Shown here piece by piece: positions 41,018-50,056 of a DNA stretch of 64,000 nucleotides (its first letter is position 1; each line of letters begins with the position of its first letter). The notes below the pieces were generated by a model that made no database searches, was not told the origin of the DNA, and worked only from the letters and a program-made list of their open reading frames with translations. Made by a program: the position numbers and the translations under genes. The DNA is from an uncultured Gammaproteobacteria bacterium (GTDB lineage: Bacteria; Pseudomonadota; Gammaproteobacteria; DRLM01), in NCBI GenBank assembly GCA_963729605.1, contig CAVSNY010000002.1, positions 256,001 through 320,000 of the forward strand, given 5' to 3'.

Positions 41018-41638
41018 ATGAGCCAGAAACCGCAGATCAGCGGCCTACGCCGTTACGATGCCCGGGCGGAGCCCGTCACGCCGCAGGAACAGGCCTTGGC
41101 GCCCCTGGTGCGCGAGCTGCTGGTGGAGTTGGGTGAAAATCCCGAGCGCGACGGCCTCAAACGCACGCCGGAGCGCATCGCCGCCGCCTTGAGCTTTCTC
41201 ACCAGCGGTTACGGCCAGACCGTGCAGGACGTGGTGCAGGGCGCGCTGTTCGTCGATGACTGCAACGAGATGGTGATCGTCAAGGACGTGGAATTTTATT
41301 CCCAGTGCGAACACCACATGCTGCCGTTTTTCGGACGGGTGCACGTGGGGTATGTGCCCGACGGCAAGATCATCGGCCTCAGCAAGATCGCGCGCATCGT
41401 CGATGTCTTCGCCCGCCGCCTGCAAGTGCAGGAGCGCATGACCAGCCAGATCGCCGAGGGTTTGATGGAGGTGTTGTCGCCGCGCGGGGTGGGCGTGGTG
41501 GTGGAGGCCAGCCATTTCTGCATGATGATGCGCGGCGTGCAGAAGCAAAACAGCTCGACCTTGAGCAGCGCCATGCGCGGCAGTTTTCACGAAGACGCAC
41601 GCACCCGCGCCGAATTCATGGACCTGATCCGGCGTTGA
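41018..41638 (+). CDS. folE: GTP cyclohydrolase I
   Basis: [43 protein letters not shown]. Confidence 0.96.
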   Translation: MSQKPQISGLRRYDARAEPVTPQEQALAPLVRELLVELGENPERDGLKRTPERIAAALSFLTSGYGQTVQDVVQGALFVDDCNEMVIVKDVEFYSQCEHHMLPFFGRVHVGYVPDGKIIGLSKIARIVDVFARRLQVQERMTSQIAEGLMEVLSPRGVGVVVEASHFCMMMRGVQKQNSSTLSSAMRGSFHEDARTRAEFMDLIRR

Positions 41639-41777
41639 AGAGACGCGCGCCTTGCGCTTGTGTAGTCGTGTCGATCCGATCCGGCGTTTAGAGAGAGTGT
41701 GTTGAATGAATGTCCCTTTCCCTGCCGGGGAGAGACGAAGTAATTTGATGCCCGGTTAAAAACAAAAAGGAACCGAT

Positions 41778-42794
41778 ATGAGCGACACATCCCCCTTGCT
41801 GGCGGCCCAGGAAAAATTCGCGGCGGCGGTGCCGTTACGAATCGTGGCGGCCGAGACGGTGACTCTGCCCGACGCCTTGGGCCGGACCTTATTCGCCGAC
41901 GTCACCGCGCCCACCGATCTGCCTGAGTATCATCGCGCCATCGTCGAAGGGTTCGTGGTGCATACCGACGACACCCGCGCCGCGTCGGAAACGGCGCCCG
42001 TGAGTTTTGACATCGTCGGCGCCGTGAAACCCGGCGACGCGCAGTGCCCGCCCTTCGCGCGCGGCCAGGCGGTGGAAGTGGCCACCGGCAGCGTGCTGCC
42101 CGGCGGCGCCTATTCCGTCGTGCGGATGTGGGAGGCCAAGCGCGACGGCGATCGCTTCACCATCAGCCGGCCATTCCCGCCGCGCTTTTTCATCGAAGAC
42201 CAAGGCTGTGATTTGAAACAAGGCAGCGTGGTGGCGGCGGCCGGCAAACTGCTGGAGCCGCTCGACCTCGGCAACCTGGCGGCCTTGGGCATCGCCAAGC
42301 TGAGCGTGGCGCGGGCGCCGCGGGTGACCGTGTATTCCTGCGGCGACGAGGTCATTCCTTTTGAGCAGGCCATGCGGCCGGGCCTGATCCGCGACAGCAA
42401 CTCGGTGATGCTGAGCGCGGCGGTGCGCGCGGCGGGCGGCGAGCCGCTGGCGGGCGGTATTCTGCGCGACGATTTCGACGTCTTCGTTCAGACCGCGCTG
42501 CGGGCGCTCGCCCACAGCGAGATGCTGCTGATCTCCGGCGGCACCGCCGCCGGCGGGCGGGATTTCATTTCCGATCTGGTGCGCGCCCTCGGCGACTTGC
42601 TGGTGGACGGCGTGCCGATGCGTTCCGGCCGGCCGCTGATCATGGGTGTGGCGCAAGGCAAACCCATCGTCTGCGTGGCCGGCCATCCGCCCGAGGCCTT
42701 GCGCGGCTTCAATCTGTTCGGCGTGGCGGCCTTGAATCGTTTGCTGGGCCGCAGCGCGCCGCTGCCGCTGGACGCGCCGCCTCCCGCTCAATAG
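41778..42794 (+). CDS. Short MoeA-like molybdopterin-binding protein (338 aa)
   Basis: ALGRTL..DV.AP.DLP, ATG..LP, GDEV, IRDSNS.ML, SGGT..G..DF, GHP; no C-terminal domain IV. Confidence 0.8.
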   Translation: MSDTSPLLAAQEKFAAAVPLRIVAAETVTLPDALGRTLFADVTAPTDLPEYHRAIVEGFVVHTDDTRAASETAPVSFDIVGAVKPGDAQCPPFARGQAVEVATGSVLPGGAYSVVRMWEAKRDGDRFTISRPFPPRFFIEDQGCDLKQGSVVAAAGKLLEPLDLGNLAALGIAKLSVARAPRVTVYSCGDEVIPFEQAMRPGLIRDSNSVMLSAAVRAAGGEPLAGGILRDDFDVFVQTALRALAHSEMLLISGGTAAGGRDFISDLVRALGDLLVDGVPMRSGRPLIMGVAQGKPIVCVAGHPPEALRGFNLFGVAALNRLLGRSAPLPLDAPPPAQ

Positions 42795-42994
42795 TGGGGC
42801 GGCGGCGTTTCTTCCCAAGCCGCGGCGATGTTGGGCGCGTTGAGTTCCCGCAGGCGGCCCTTCACCGCCTCCAGTTCCTTGCGGAGCTGGGCGATGAGTT
42901 GTTGCTGTTGCGTCACCACCTCGTTGAGCGCCTGCAGGGTCGCGTCTTGATGGGTGATGCGGATCTCCAGATCGGTTAAACGTGATTCGTTCAT
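42788..42994 (-). CDS. slyX: SlyX family protein
   Basis: LEIRITHQD....LN.VV..QQ, C-terminal ETPPPHY. Confidence 0.92.
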   Translation of the reverse strand: MNESRLTDLEIRITHQDATLQALNEVVTQQQQLIAQLRKELEAVKGRLRELNAPNIAAAWEETPPPHY

Positions 42995-43126
42995 GGGTGC
43001 TGCACCAAGTTTGATTGAACGGTTGCGCCGCCGGCGGGAAAGTGAAAAACCTTGTTCATTTAAAACTCACCTCCCGCCGAGGACGAAGGAATGTCATCGC
43101 CAGCGGGTCAATGATACCGGGCGGCC

Positions 43127-43948
43127 TTAACGCGTGGGCGGCGGCGCGGACACATAAATATCGAAGCGCGTGGTGCTGCCCATCAAGGTGGAGGACGGCG
43201 GCGGACCCGCCAAGGCGGTGGCCAGGCGCGGGCGTTTGACCACCACCCGCTGCCGCGCGGCGCCGAGGGCGGCGGCCAGCAGCGCCGGCGCGTCGAGGTC
43301 GTCGCCCACCATGGCGCGCAGATAACGCATCTCTTTTTTCACCAGGGCGGTTTTTTGCCGGCCGGGATACATGGGGTCGAGGTACACCACGTCGGGGCGC
43401 GTCGCTTCGGTCAAATCGGCGAGATAGACGGCGGCGTCGCCGGATATCAAATGCAGGCGATCGACGCTGGCCGCGCTGGCCGGCACATCGCGGGCGCGTT
43501 CGATACCGTCGCGGAGCAGGGCGGCGATGATCGGCGAGCGTTCCAGCAGGGTGACGCGGCAACCGAGGCAGGCCAGCATGAAGGCGTCGCGCCCCAGCCC
43601 GGCGGTGGCGTCGATTACGCTGGGCGCGGTCAGGCGGTTTTTGATACCGACCGCGCGCGCCAGGGGTTCACGGGCGTGGCCGGCCTGGCGCTGGCGATAA
43701 CCCAGCGCGCCGCTGACGAAGTCCACGTACAGCGGGCCGGGCGCGTCGGGGCCGCGGGCCTGTAATTGCAGTATCGCGCCGTGTTCGCCGCTCACGTAAC
43801 TCAACACGTAGGGATAGGTCGGGTCGTGAGACGAGGCGGCTTCATCGCAACGCGGCAAACCCAGGCGGAGTGCCAGCCGCGCGGCGCGTTCGCCGTAGGC
43901 GGGATCGGCGGCCGCGACGGCGATCGGATGGTGGGGCGTATCGGTCAT
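43127..43948 (-). CDS. rsmJ: 16S rRNA m2G1516 methyltransferase
   Basis: VDF, DATAGLGRDAF, ERSP, DVVYLDPMYP, RVVVKRP, RFDIY. Confidence 0.92.
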   Translation of the reverse strand: MTDTPHHPIAVAAADPAYGERAARLALRLGLPRCDEAASSHDPTYPYVLSYVSGEHGAILQLQARGPDAPGPLYVDFVSGALGYRQRQAGHAREPLARAVGIKNRLTAPSVIDATAGLGRDAFMLACLGCRVTLLERSPIIAALLRDGIERARDVPASAASVDRLHLISGDAAVYLADLTEATRPDVVYLDPMYPGRQKTALVKKEMRYLRAMVGDDLDAPALLAAALGAARQRVVVKRPRLATALAGPPPSSTLMGSTTRFDIYVSAPPPTR

Positions 43949-44062
43949 AATGAGGGCGCAGCCTAACGGTGAATGCGGCGCGCCGCAAGGCCGGGGTTTA
44001 GACGTGAAAAGTGGCGGAAGGAGAGGGTGCGGATAAACCTACATCACGAATGCACAGAGGCG

Positions 44063-44174
44063 CGGAGAACGCGGAGCATGAGGTTGTGGCGGCATAAGAC
44101 GAGCTCACCTGTCGGAGTGACTTCGACAAGGGCGCGTCGCCGTCGATTTTCCTCTATGAACTCCGCGTTCTCCG
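44063..44174. repeat. REP-like long inverted repeat
   Basis: CGGAGAACGCGGAG (44063-76) and CTCCGCGTTCTCCG (44161-74), perfect 14-bp inverted repeat with 9-nt internal periodicity. Confidence 0.65.
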
Positions 44175-44223
44175 GGGCCAATGGTTTTTTCAGATGAATA
44201 CTGGCGACTAAACGGGGTAAATC

Positions 44224-45015
44224 ATGGTGGATGTACGAGAGGTATGCGCGATCGTGATTGAGGCGGCGGAGCGGGAGCTCCTGCCGCGCTTTCTGGTATC
44301 GGCACGCCGGGAAAAACAGGACGGCAGCGTGGTGACCGAGGCCGATATCGCGATGCAGTCCCGGCTCAAACAGGAGTTGGCGGCGCGCTGGCCGCAGTAC
44401 AGTTTTCTCGGCGAGGAGATGGGCGAAGACGAACAAAACGCCTTGTTGCGCGGCGACGCGGCGGGCGTGTGGTGCGTGGACCCGCTGGACGGCACCAGCA
44501 ATTTCGCGGCGGGTATTCCCTTCTTCGCGGTGTCGCTGGCCCTGCTGGTGGGCGGCGAGCCGGTGCTGGGGGTGGTCTACGATCCGGTGCGGCGCGAGTG
44601 CTTCTCCGCTCAACGCGGCGGCGGCGCGTATTTGAATGAACAGCGCTTGGCTGTCGCGCGGCCACCTCTCGCCCTCAAGCAAGCGGTGGCGATCGTCGAT
44701 TTCAAGCGGCTGGCGCCGGCCTTGGCGCAACGTCTGGTGACGCAGGCGCCTTATGCGTCGCAGCGCAGTTTCGGTTCGGTGGTGCTGGATTGGTGCTGGA
44801 TCGCCGCCGGGCGCGGCGATGTATATCTGCACGGCAAACAAAGCATCTGGGATTTGGCGGCAGGCGGTTTGATATTAAGCGAGGCCGGCGGCCATGCGCT
44901 GACCCTCGCCGGCGAACCGGTATACCGCGCCGAGATCGCGCCCCGTTCCGCGGTGGCGGCCTTGGACGGAAGGTTGTTTGAGGAATGGCTGGCGTGGCTG
45001 GCGGTGCCGCGCTGA
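44224..45015 (+). CDS. Inositol monophosphatase family protein
   Basis: VTEAD, GEE, WCVDPLDGTSNF, WDLAAG.LIL.EAGG. Confidence 0.92.
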   Translation: MVDVREVCAIVIEAAERELLPRFLVSARREKQDGSVVTEADIAMQSRLKQELAARWPQYSFLGEEMGEDEQNALLRGDAAGVWCVDPLDGTSNFAAGIPFFAVSLALLVGGEPVLGVVYDPVRRECFSAQRGGGAYLNEQRLAVARPPLALKQAVAIVDFKRLAPALAQRLVTQAPYASQRSFGSVVLDWCWIAAGRGDVYLHGKQSIWDLAAGGLILSEAGGHALTLAGEPVYRAEIAPRSAVAALDGRLFEEWLAWLAVPR

Positions 45016-45207
45016 AGGCGGGCGCCGCTCGATTCGGCACGGAATATTTTCACTGCTCTCTTCGACGGACGGATGAATCGGCGAGCTTATTTTATTCGAA
45101 ATACCCCGCGGCTTGCGGCGGGGATTTTGGCAATGGGCTTCCAAAGAGGAGCGGTGCGGTGTTTCCTCTGATCGCCCGCGGAGAACCATGCCTCGCGGGC
45201 GATCTAA

Positions 45208-45356
45208 GTAACCTCTGATTTATTCAGAGGTTCCCGCGGCACATGGATGCGCCGCCATTTTCAATGGTGTTGACCGTTGAAAATGCAGGGCAGCGAAAAT
45301 GTGATTTTCGCTGCCCGTGCCCTGAAAATTCCAGGATGGGATTATTCAGAGCTTCC
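45208..45356 (+). mobile_element. 149-bp MITE-like structured repeat, copy 1 (IS5-like ends)
   Basis: GTAACCTCTGATTTA...TTATTCAGAGCTTCC, flanked by CTAA/CTGA; about 128/149 identical to the reverse complement of 61079-61227 (counted by eye). Confidence 0.85.
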
Positions 45357-45375
45357 CTGATTTGATTCGCGGCGT

Positions 45376-46203
45376 TCAAGGCGCGCCGGCCGGCGCCTCG
45401 CGTTGCATCTCTTCCAGATGGCGCTGCATCTGTTCGCGCATCTTTTGCCGGGTCTCTTCGTCCATGGGCATGGAGGAATGGGCCCCCGGGCTCGGCATGT
45501 CGCTCATCATCTGTTCCATGATCTTGCGCGGATTGGTGACGGTGTAGTCGGCGGGGAGGGCGAAGCTGCCGGCGGGAAAACCGTCCACCGTGCGGACGGC
45601 GGTGATCTCGTGCACCACCCGGCCCTCGTTGTCGGTGACCCGCATCGGCAGGCCGAGCCGGGGGTATTCGGTGTCGGCCACGTCTTCCGCCGCGGCGCAG
45701 GGATCGCGCGCCGGGTCTTCCTCTCCGGCCGCCTGGCCTTGCGAGAACAGCAACATGGCCTGGATGAAACGCTGCACGTCGTCGGACGCCAGGGTGCGCG
45801 GCGCCACGAAGCGTTCACCGCAGGCCTCGCCCGCCGCGGTCAAGACATAATGTTCGGTGGGATAACCGGCGATCTCGGGACCCGCGCCTTGCTTTTTGAA
45901 GGTGACCGCCGGTTTGGCGGGGTGGTGCGGCGTTTCCGCCGGTGCGGGATGATCGGGGGAATCGCTCAAGTCCACTATTTGTTTTTGTTCGCGATCGATG
46001 GCGTAGGCCTGGTTGTTGTTCAGATTGAGCAGGAGATATTCGGCGGGTTCGCCGTCGCCGTATTCCATGCGCGCCCAGTCGCCGTCGATCATGATGCGAT
46101 GGTTTCCACCTTCTTCGTCCTTGCCTTCAATCAAGGTGGCGGCAAGGCCGGGGCCGGCGGCGGCGGTCAGCAGCAGGGCGAGAACAGGGTTACGGATCGG
46201 CAT
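45376..46203 (-). CDS. Secreted DUF4412-like protein with Met-rich C-terminal tail
   Basis: Signal peptide, G..IAGY.T.HY, GLPMR, F.LP.DY. Confidence 0.75.
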   Translation of the reverse strand: MPIRNPVLALLLTAAAGPGLAATLIEGKDEEGGNHRIMIDGDWARMEYGDGEPAEYLLLNLNNNQAYAIDREQKQIVDLSDSPDHPAPAETPHHPAKPAVTFKKQGAGPEIAGYPTEHYVLTAAGEACGERFVAPRTLASDDVQRFIQAMLLFSQGQAAGEEDPARDPCAAAEDVADTEYPRLGLPMRVTDNEGRVVHEITAVRTVDGFPAGSFALPADYTVTNPRKIMEQMMSDMPSPGAHSSMPMDEETRQKMREQMQRHLEEMQREAPAGAP

Positions 46204-46330
46204 GACGGGTCTCCCAAAAAGTGGCGGGCTAGTCTAACACGCGGCCGCGCGCGGTACAGCGGCGGGACGCATCGAGAGTGATATGTCGCGATGACTAAAA
46301 CCTGTGCTCGGCGCTGAAAGATCCAATCAG

Positions 46331-46435
46331 GGAACCCCTGATTTATCCAGAGGTTCCCGTGGGACGCGCGGAAAGCGAACATCTTCGCTTTCCGCGCGTC
46401 CTGAAAATTTCAGGACGGAATGAGTCGGCGCTTCC
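46331..46435 (+). mobile_element. MITE-like repeat, copy 2 (105 bp, internally shortened)
   Basis: GGAACCCCTGATTTATCCAGAGGTTCCC...CCTGAAAATTTCAGGACGGAATGAGTCGGCGCTTCC; perfect 18-bp internal stem. Confidence 0.78.
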
Positions 46436-46585
46436 TTGTTAGTCCCTTCCTCTTCATTAAGAGAGGGGTGCCGGCGGCGGAGTGGCGGCGTGAACCCACT
46501 GCGCAGTGCGGCCTCTCAACCCACCTGCCCCGCGGGGCGTCTCCAGTAACGAGGAGGGAGATTCTGTCCTGACGTTGATGAGGTA

Positions 46586-47947
46586 TTACCCTTGCGCACC
46601 CGGCAAGGACACGCTGAGTTTCGCGCCGCCCAGCGCGCTGGTGGTGATGGTGAGGTTGCCGCCGTAGGCGCGTACGATGTCCTGCACGATGGCGAGACCG
46701 ATGCCGTGGCCGGGGTGGCTGGCGTCGTCCCTCACCCCGCGTTGCAGCACGGCGCGTGCCTTGTCCGCCGCGATGCCGGGACCGTCGTCTTCGACGCACA
46801 GATGGAGGCCCGGGTGGCTGCCGGCCTCTTCGCCGTTATTGCGCGCGGTGACATCGACCCGCTGTCTGCTCCACTTGTAGGCGTTGTCCATGAGGTTGCC
46901 CAGCAGTTCCAGCAGGTCGCCTTCATCGCCGCTGAAATGGGCGTCGTCGCCGATGTGGATCCGGCAGTCCACCTGTTTGTCGGCGTAGACCTTGCCCAGC
47001 GAGTTGGCGACCTTGCGGATCAGGATTTCCGCCGCCACCGGCGCGGCCAGCGGCAACCGGCCCGACGTGGCGGCGCGTTGCAATTGGTAATCGACGATGT
47101 CGGTCATACGCTGTACCTGCTCGTTGGCCGACGCGCTGAAGAGAGAGGTCGGCGCGTTTTCCAATTCGCCGCGCAGTACCGCCAGCGGGGTTTTCAAACT
47201 GTGCGCCAGGTCGCCCAGGGTATGCCGGTAACGCTCGAGGCGTTCGCGCTGGCTGGCGAGCAGGGCGTTGATATTGTCGGTCAGTCCGCGCATCTCGCGC
47301 GGATAACGCCCTTCGAGCTGGCGTTGCGTACCGTCTTCGATGGCGGCGAGATCTTCGGCGGCTTTGCGTAACGGCGCCAGGCTCCAGTGCAGAATGAAAC
47401 CTTGCACGGTGAGCAGGATCAATGCCACGCCGCCCAGCCAGCCCCACAAGGTTCTGCGGAAATCGGCGACTTGCAGATAATAATTAGTCATGTCCTCGGC
47501 TACCGTGAAGGTGTAACCTTCGGCCATTTTTTCGCTGAGATCGAAGGTGACGCCGATGGCGAAGGCGTAGAGTTCCTTGCTGCCGATGTGGCCGTGCCAG
47601 AACCGTCTGGTGCCCGGACGGATACCGCTGATTAATTCCGTGTCGAGGTCTTGCATGGAGGGGGAATGCCAGCCGGGCTGGCCGTTATTGCGGGTGATTT
47701 GAGCGTAGAGTCCCGAGCCGGTGTGGTTGTAGCGGGTTTCGGGCAGGGCGGCGGGCATGTGAATCGCGCCGGAGGCATCGCGTTCGACGGCGGCGATCAG
47801 TCCCAGCGTCTGGGCTTGCAGCCGTTCCTGTAAAGCCTGTTCCGATTTGTCGCGGAAGGCGTGATCGAGGGTGTAGCCGGTGATGCCGAGAAAGGCGGCG
47901 AGCACGATGCTGCCGGCGATCAATAGACGGGTGGTGAGGGAAAACAT
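46586..47947 (-). CDS. phoQ: PhoQ-like sensor histidine kinase
   Basis: Two TMs, DLAHSLKTPL, YQLQRA, GNLMDNAYKW, EDDGPG, GHGIGL. Confidence 0.85.
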   Translation of the reverse strand: MFSLTTRLLIAGSIVLAAFLGITGYTLDHAFRDKSEQALQERLQAQTLGLIAAVERDASGAIHMPAALPETRYNHTGSGLYAQITRNNGQPGWHSPSMQDLDTELISGIRPGTRRFWHGHIGSKELYAFAIGVTFDLSEKMAEGYTFTVAEDMTNYYLQVADFRRTLWGWLGGVALILLTVQGFILHWSLAPLRKAAEDLAAIEDGTQRQLEGRYPREMRGLTDNINALLASQRERLERYRHTLGDLAHSLKTPLAVLRGELENAPTSLFSASANEQVQRMTDIVDYQLQRAATSGRLPLAAPVAAEILIRKVANSLGKVYADKQVDCRIHIGDDAHFSGDEGDLLELLGNLMDNAYKWSRQRVDVTARNNGEEAGSHPGLHLCVEDDGPGIAADKARAVLQRGVRDDASHPGHGIGLAIVQDIVRAYGGNLTITTSALGGAKLSVSLPGAQG

Positions 47948-48630
47948 CAGGACTTGCTGCGTTCGAGGGTAAGGCGATAGCCGCGGCCGCGCAGGGTTTC
48001 GATGGGGTTGATCTCATTCGCGGGATCGAGCTTGCGGCGCAGCCGGCCGACGAAGACCTCGATGACATTGCTGTCGCGGTCAAAATCTTGTTCATAAATG
48101 TGCTCGGTGAGATCGGCCTTCGATACCACCTGGCCGCTGTGCAGCATGAGGTATTCGAGCACTTTATATTCGTAGGTGGTGAGCTCTACCGCCGCGCCGC
48201 CGACGGTCACTTCATGGGTCGTGGTATTGAGGGTGACCGGGCCGCATTCCAGCACGGCTTGCGCCCAGCCCGCCGCGCGACGTACCAAGGCGCGCAAACG
48301 GGCGAGCAATTCTTCCATGTGGAACGGCTTGACCAGATAATCGTCCGCGCCCGCCTCGAGGCCTTCGACTTTTTCCTGCCAGCGGCCGCGGGCGGTGAGA
48401 ATCAAAATAGGGAAAGTTTTACCGGCGGCGCGGGTTCGGCGGATCGTTTCTATCCCTGAAAGTCGCGGCAGGCCCAGGTCGACGATGGCCGCGTCGAAGG
48501 CGTATTCCGTGGCGAGATAAAGGCCGTCTTCACCGTTGTCCGCCCCGTCGACGGCGTAGCCTTCTTGTTTCAAGCGAGTCTTGAGCTGAGTGAGCAGGCT
48601 GTCCTCGTCTTCGACGACCAATATCCGCAT
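47947..48630 (-). CDS. phoP: PhoP-like OmpR-family response regulator
   Basis: ILVVED, VDLGLP, LTARGRWQEKVEGLEAGADDYLVKPF, DSNVIEVFVGRLRRKL. Confidence 0.88.
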   Translation of the reverse strand: MRILVVEDEDSLLTQLKTRLKQEGYAVDGADNGEDGLYLATEYAFDAAIVDLGLPRLSGIETIRRTRAAGKTFPILILTARGRWQEKVEGLEAGADDYLVKPFHMEELLARLRALVRRAAGWAQAVLECGPVTLNTTTHEVTVGGAAVELTTYEYKVLEYLMLHSGQVVSKADLTEHIYEQDFDRDSNVIEVFVGRLRRKLDPANEINPIETLRGRGYRLTLERSKS

Positions 48631-48731
48631 CGGTAATTCCCATCATGATGGCGTGAGGCCCGGCAGGACTGACGGGCCGATTAACGATAACACAACGATT
48701 ACCGGCGCCGCCGCCCTGCCCGGGCGGGACT

Positions 48732-49259
48732 TCAATAGGCGGGTGAGACGTCGACGCGGATCCACTCGCCCGGCTGGTGGGGCATGCGGGTGGTGTATTC
48801 GCGGCCATGGTAGCGATAGGTGACGCGATAACCGATCACGCGTCTTTCTTCATAGGCGTCGTGGGTGACACGGCAGCGGCGGGTGGTGACCGGGATTTCA
48901 TCGCCGCCTCGCGTGGCCTCGTGCGCGAGCGACGCGCCGAGCAGGGCGCCGGCCACGGTCATGGCGTCCTTTCCCTTGCCCTCGCCGAACTGGTTGCCCA
49001 CCACCCCGCCGACGATACCGCCCAGTATCGTCCCGCTGGCGCCGGACGCGCGCCGCTGGTAATGCGTTTCTTCCCAGCATTCGCGGCGCGGGCTGGAGAG
49101 GGTGATATGTTCGATGATCGGCCGGCTATGCACGACGCGGGCGTAATCACCGTGCCTCTCACGTTTTTGGTAATCGCGGTCCTTGTCGCGTCCCGCGTCG
49201 GCGGTTTCGGCCAGCATGACGAAAGGCAGGGCCAGAGTGACGGTCAATCGGCGATTCAT
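48732..49259 (-). CDS. Glycine-zipper 2TM (YcfJ-like) secreted/envelope protein
   Basis: Signal peptide, ARVV...P, GTILGGIVGGVVGNQFG.G.G....TVAGALLG, GYRVTYRY.G..Y.TRM..QPG. Confidence 0.88.
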   Translation of the reverse strand: MNRRLTVTLALPFVMLAETADAGRDKDRDYQKRERHGDYARVVHSRPIIEHITLSSPRRECWEETHYQRRASGASGTILGGIVGGVVGNQFGEGKGKDAMTVAGALLGASLAHEATRGGDEIPVTTRRCRVTHDAYEERRVIGYRVTYRYHGREYTTRMPHQPGEWIRVDVSPAY

Positions 49260-49312
49260 GGCGGTTCTCCTGTTTGATGTTTGAGTCCCGATTTCAGAAT
49301 ATCCAATCCATT

Positions 49313-49329
49313 CTGAACGCCGTCTGAAT
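49313..49329 (-). promoter_or_regulatory. PhoP-type direct-repeat box
   Basis: Minus strand ATTCAG-N5-GTTCAG upstream of the glycine-zipper-phoPQ operon. Confidence 0.7.
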
Positions 49330-49339
49330 CATTAGGCGC

Positions 49340-49366
49340 AAAAAAAAGCGCGCCGGGTGGCGCGCT
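49340..49366 (-). terminator. Intrinsic terminator of cytochrome c gene
   Basis: AGCGCGCC-ACCC-GGCGCGCT plus T8 on minus strand. Confidence 0.85.
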
Positions 49367-49395
49367 GTAACGAGGGAGGGGAAGTGTTGTTGTGG

Positions 49396-49743
49396 TTATT
49401 TGGAGATGGACAGGACGAAGTCCACCAGTGAGGCGATGTCGGCGTCGGCGACCCGCGGCGAATAGGGGGGCATGGGCACCCCGCCGGTGACCTCGGTCCA
49501 GTTGCCTTTGCCGCCTTTCTTGATTTTGTCTATCAGCAAATCCTTCGCGCCGGCATCGCCTTTGTATTTGGCGGAGACGTCTTTCCAGGCGGGGCCGACG
49601 ACTTTTTTCTCCACCGCATGACAGGCCAAGCAGCCGCTCTTTTTGGCTAGCTCCAGGGACGCGGCTTCATCCGCGAAGGCCGTGGTGTTGACGGCGGTAC
49701 TGGCGGCGACGGCGAGGCCGATGGTCAATAGAAGTTTTTTCAT
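49396..49743 (-). CDS. Periplasmic class I cytochrome c (c551/c552-like)
   Basis: Signal peptide, CLACH, VGPAW, PMPP axial Met. Confidence 0.93.
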   Translation of the reverse strand: MKKLLLTIGLAVAASTAVNTTAFADEAASLELAKKSGCLACHAVEKKVVGPAWKDVSAKYKGDAGAKDLLIDKIKKGGKGNWTEVTGGVPMPPYSPRVADADIASLVDFVLSISK

Positions 49744-49889
49744 TTGGTCTGCTCCTTATGAAGATAAGGCGGTCTGGGTTGTGGCCCGCGCGCCCGAACT
49801 GTGCACAATTCCCTTCCCGGAAGGAGAGGCTGGTCTGTAGGGCGTCCGCCTATCCGGGGTCGGGTGATGATCAAAATAAGTGAATGCAG

Positions 49890-49906
49890 CTGAATAAACC
49901 CTGAAT
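49890..49906 (-). promoter_or_regulatory. Second PhoP-type box upstream of cytochrome c
   Basis: Minus strand ATTCAG-N5-ATTCAG, with a further ATTCAC half-site adjacent. Confidence 0.55.
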
Positions 49907-50056
49907 GGCGCGGCTGGGCAATAAACCATTTTTTAAATCAGATTTTTTGTCCTTTGCTGAAGGCGAAATTTAAAGGTAAAGACGGGGTGGGTTGATCCGA
50001 TACAGGGGTAGGCCGCCGTTGTGGGGAGGGCGCCCCCGATTGTTTCGGAGATGGAC

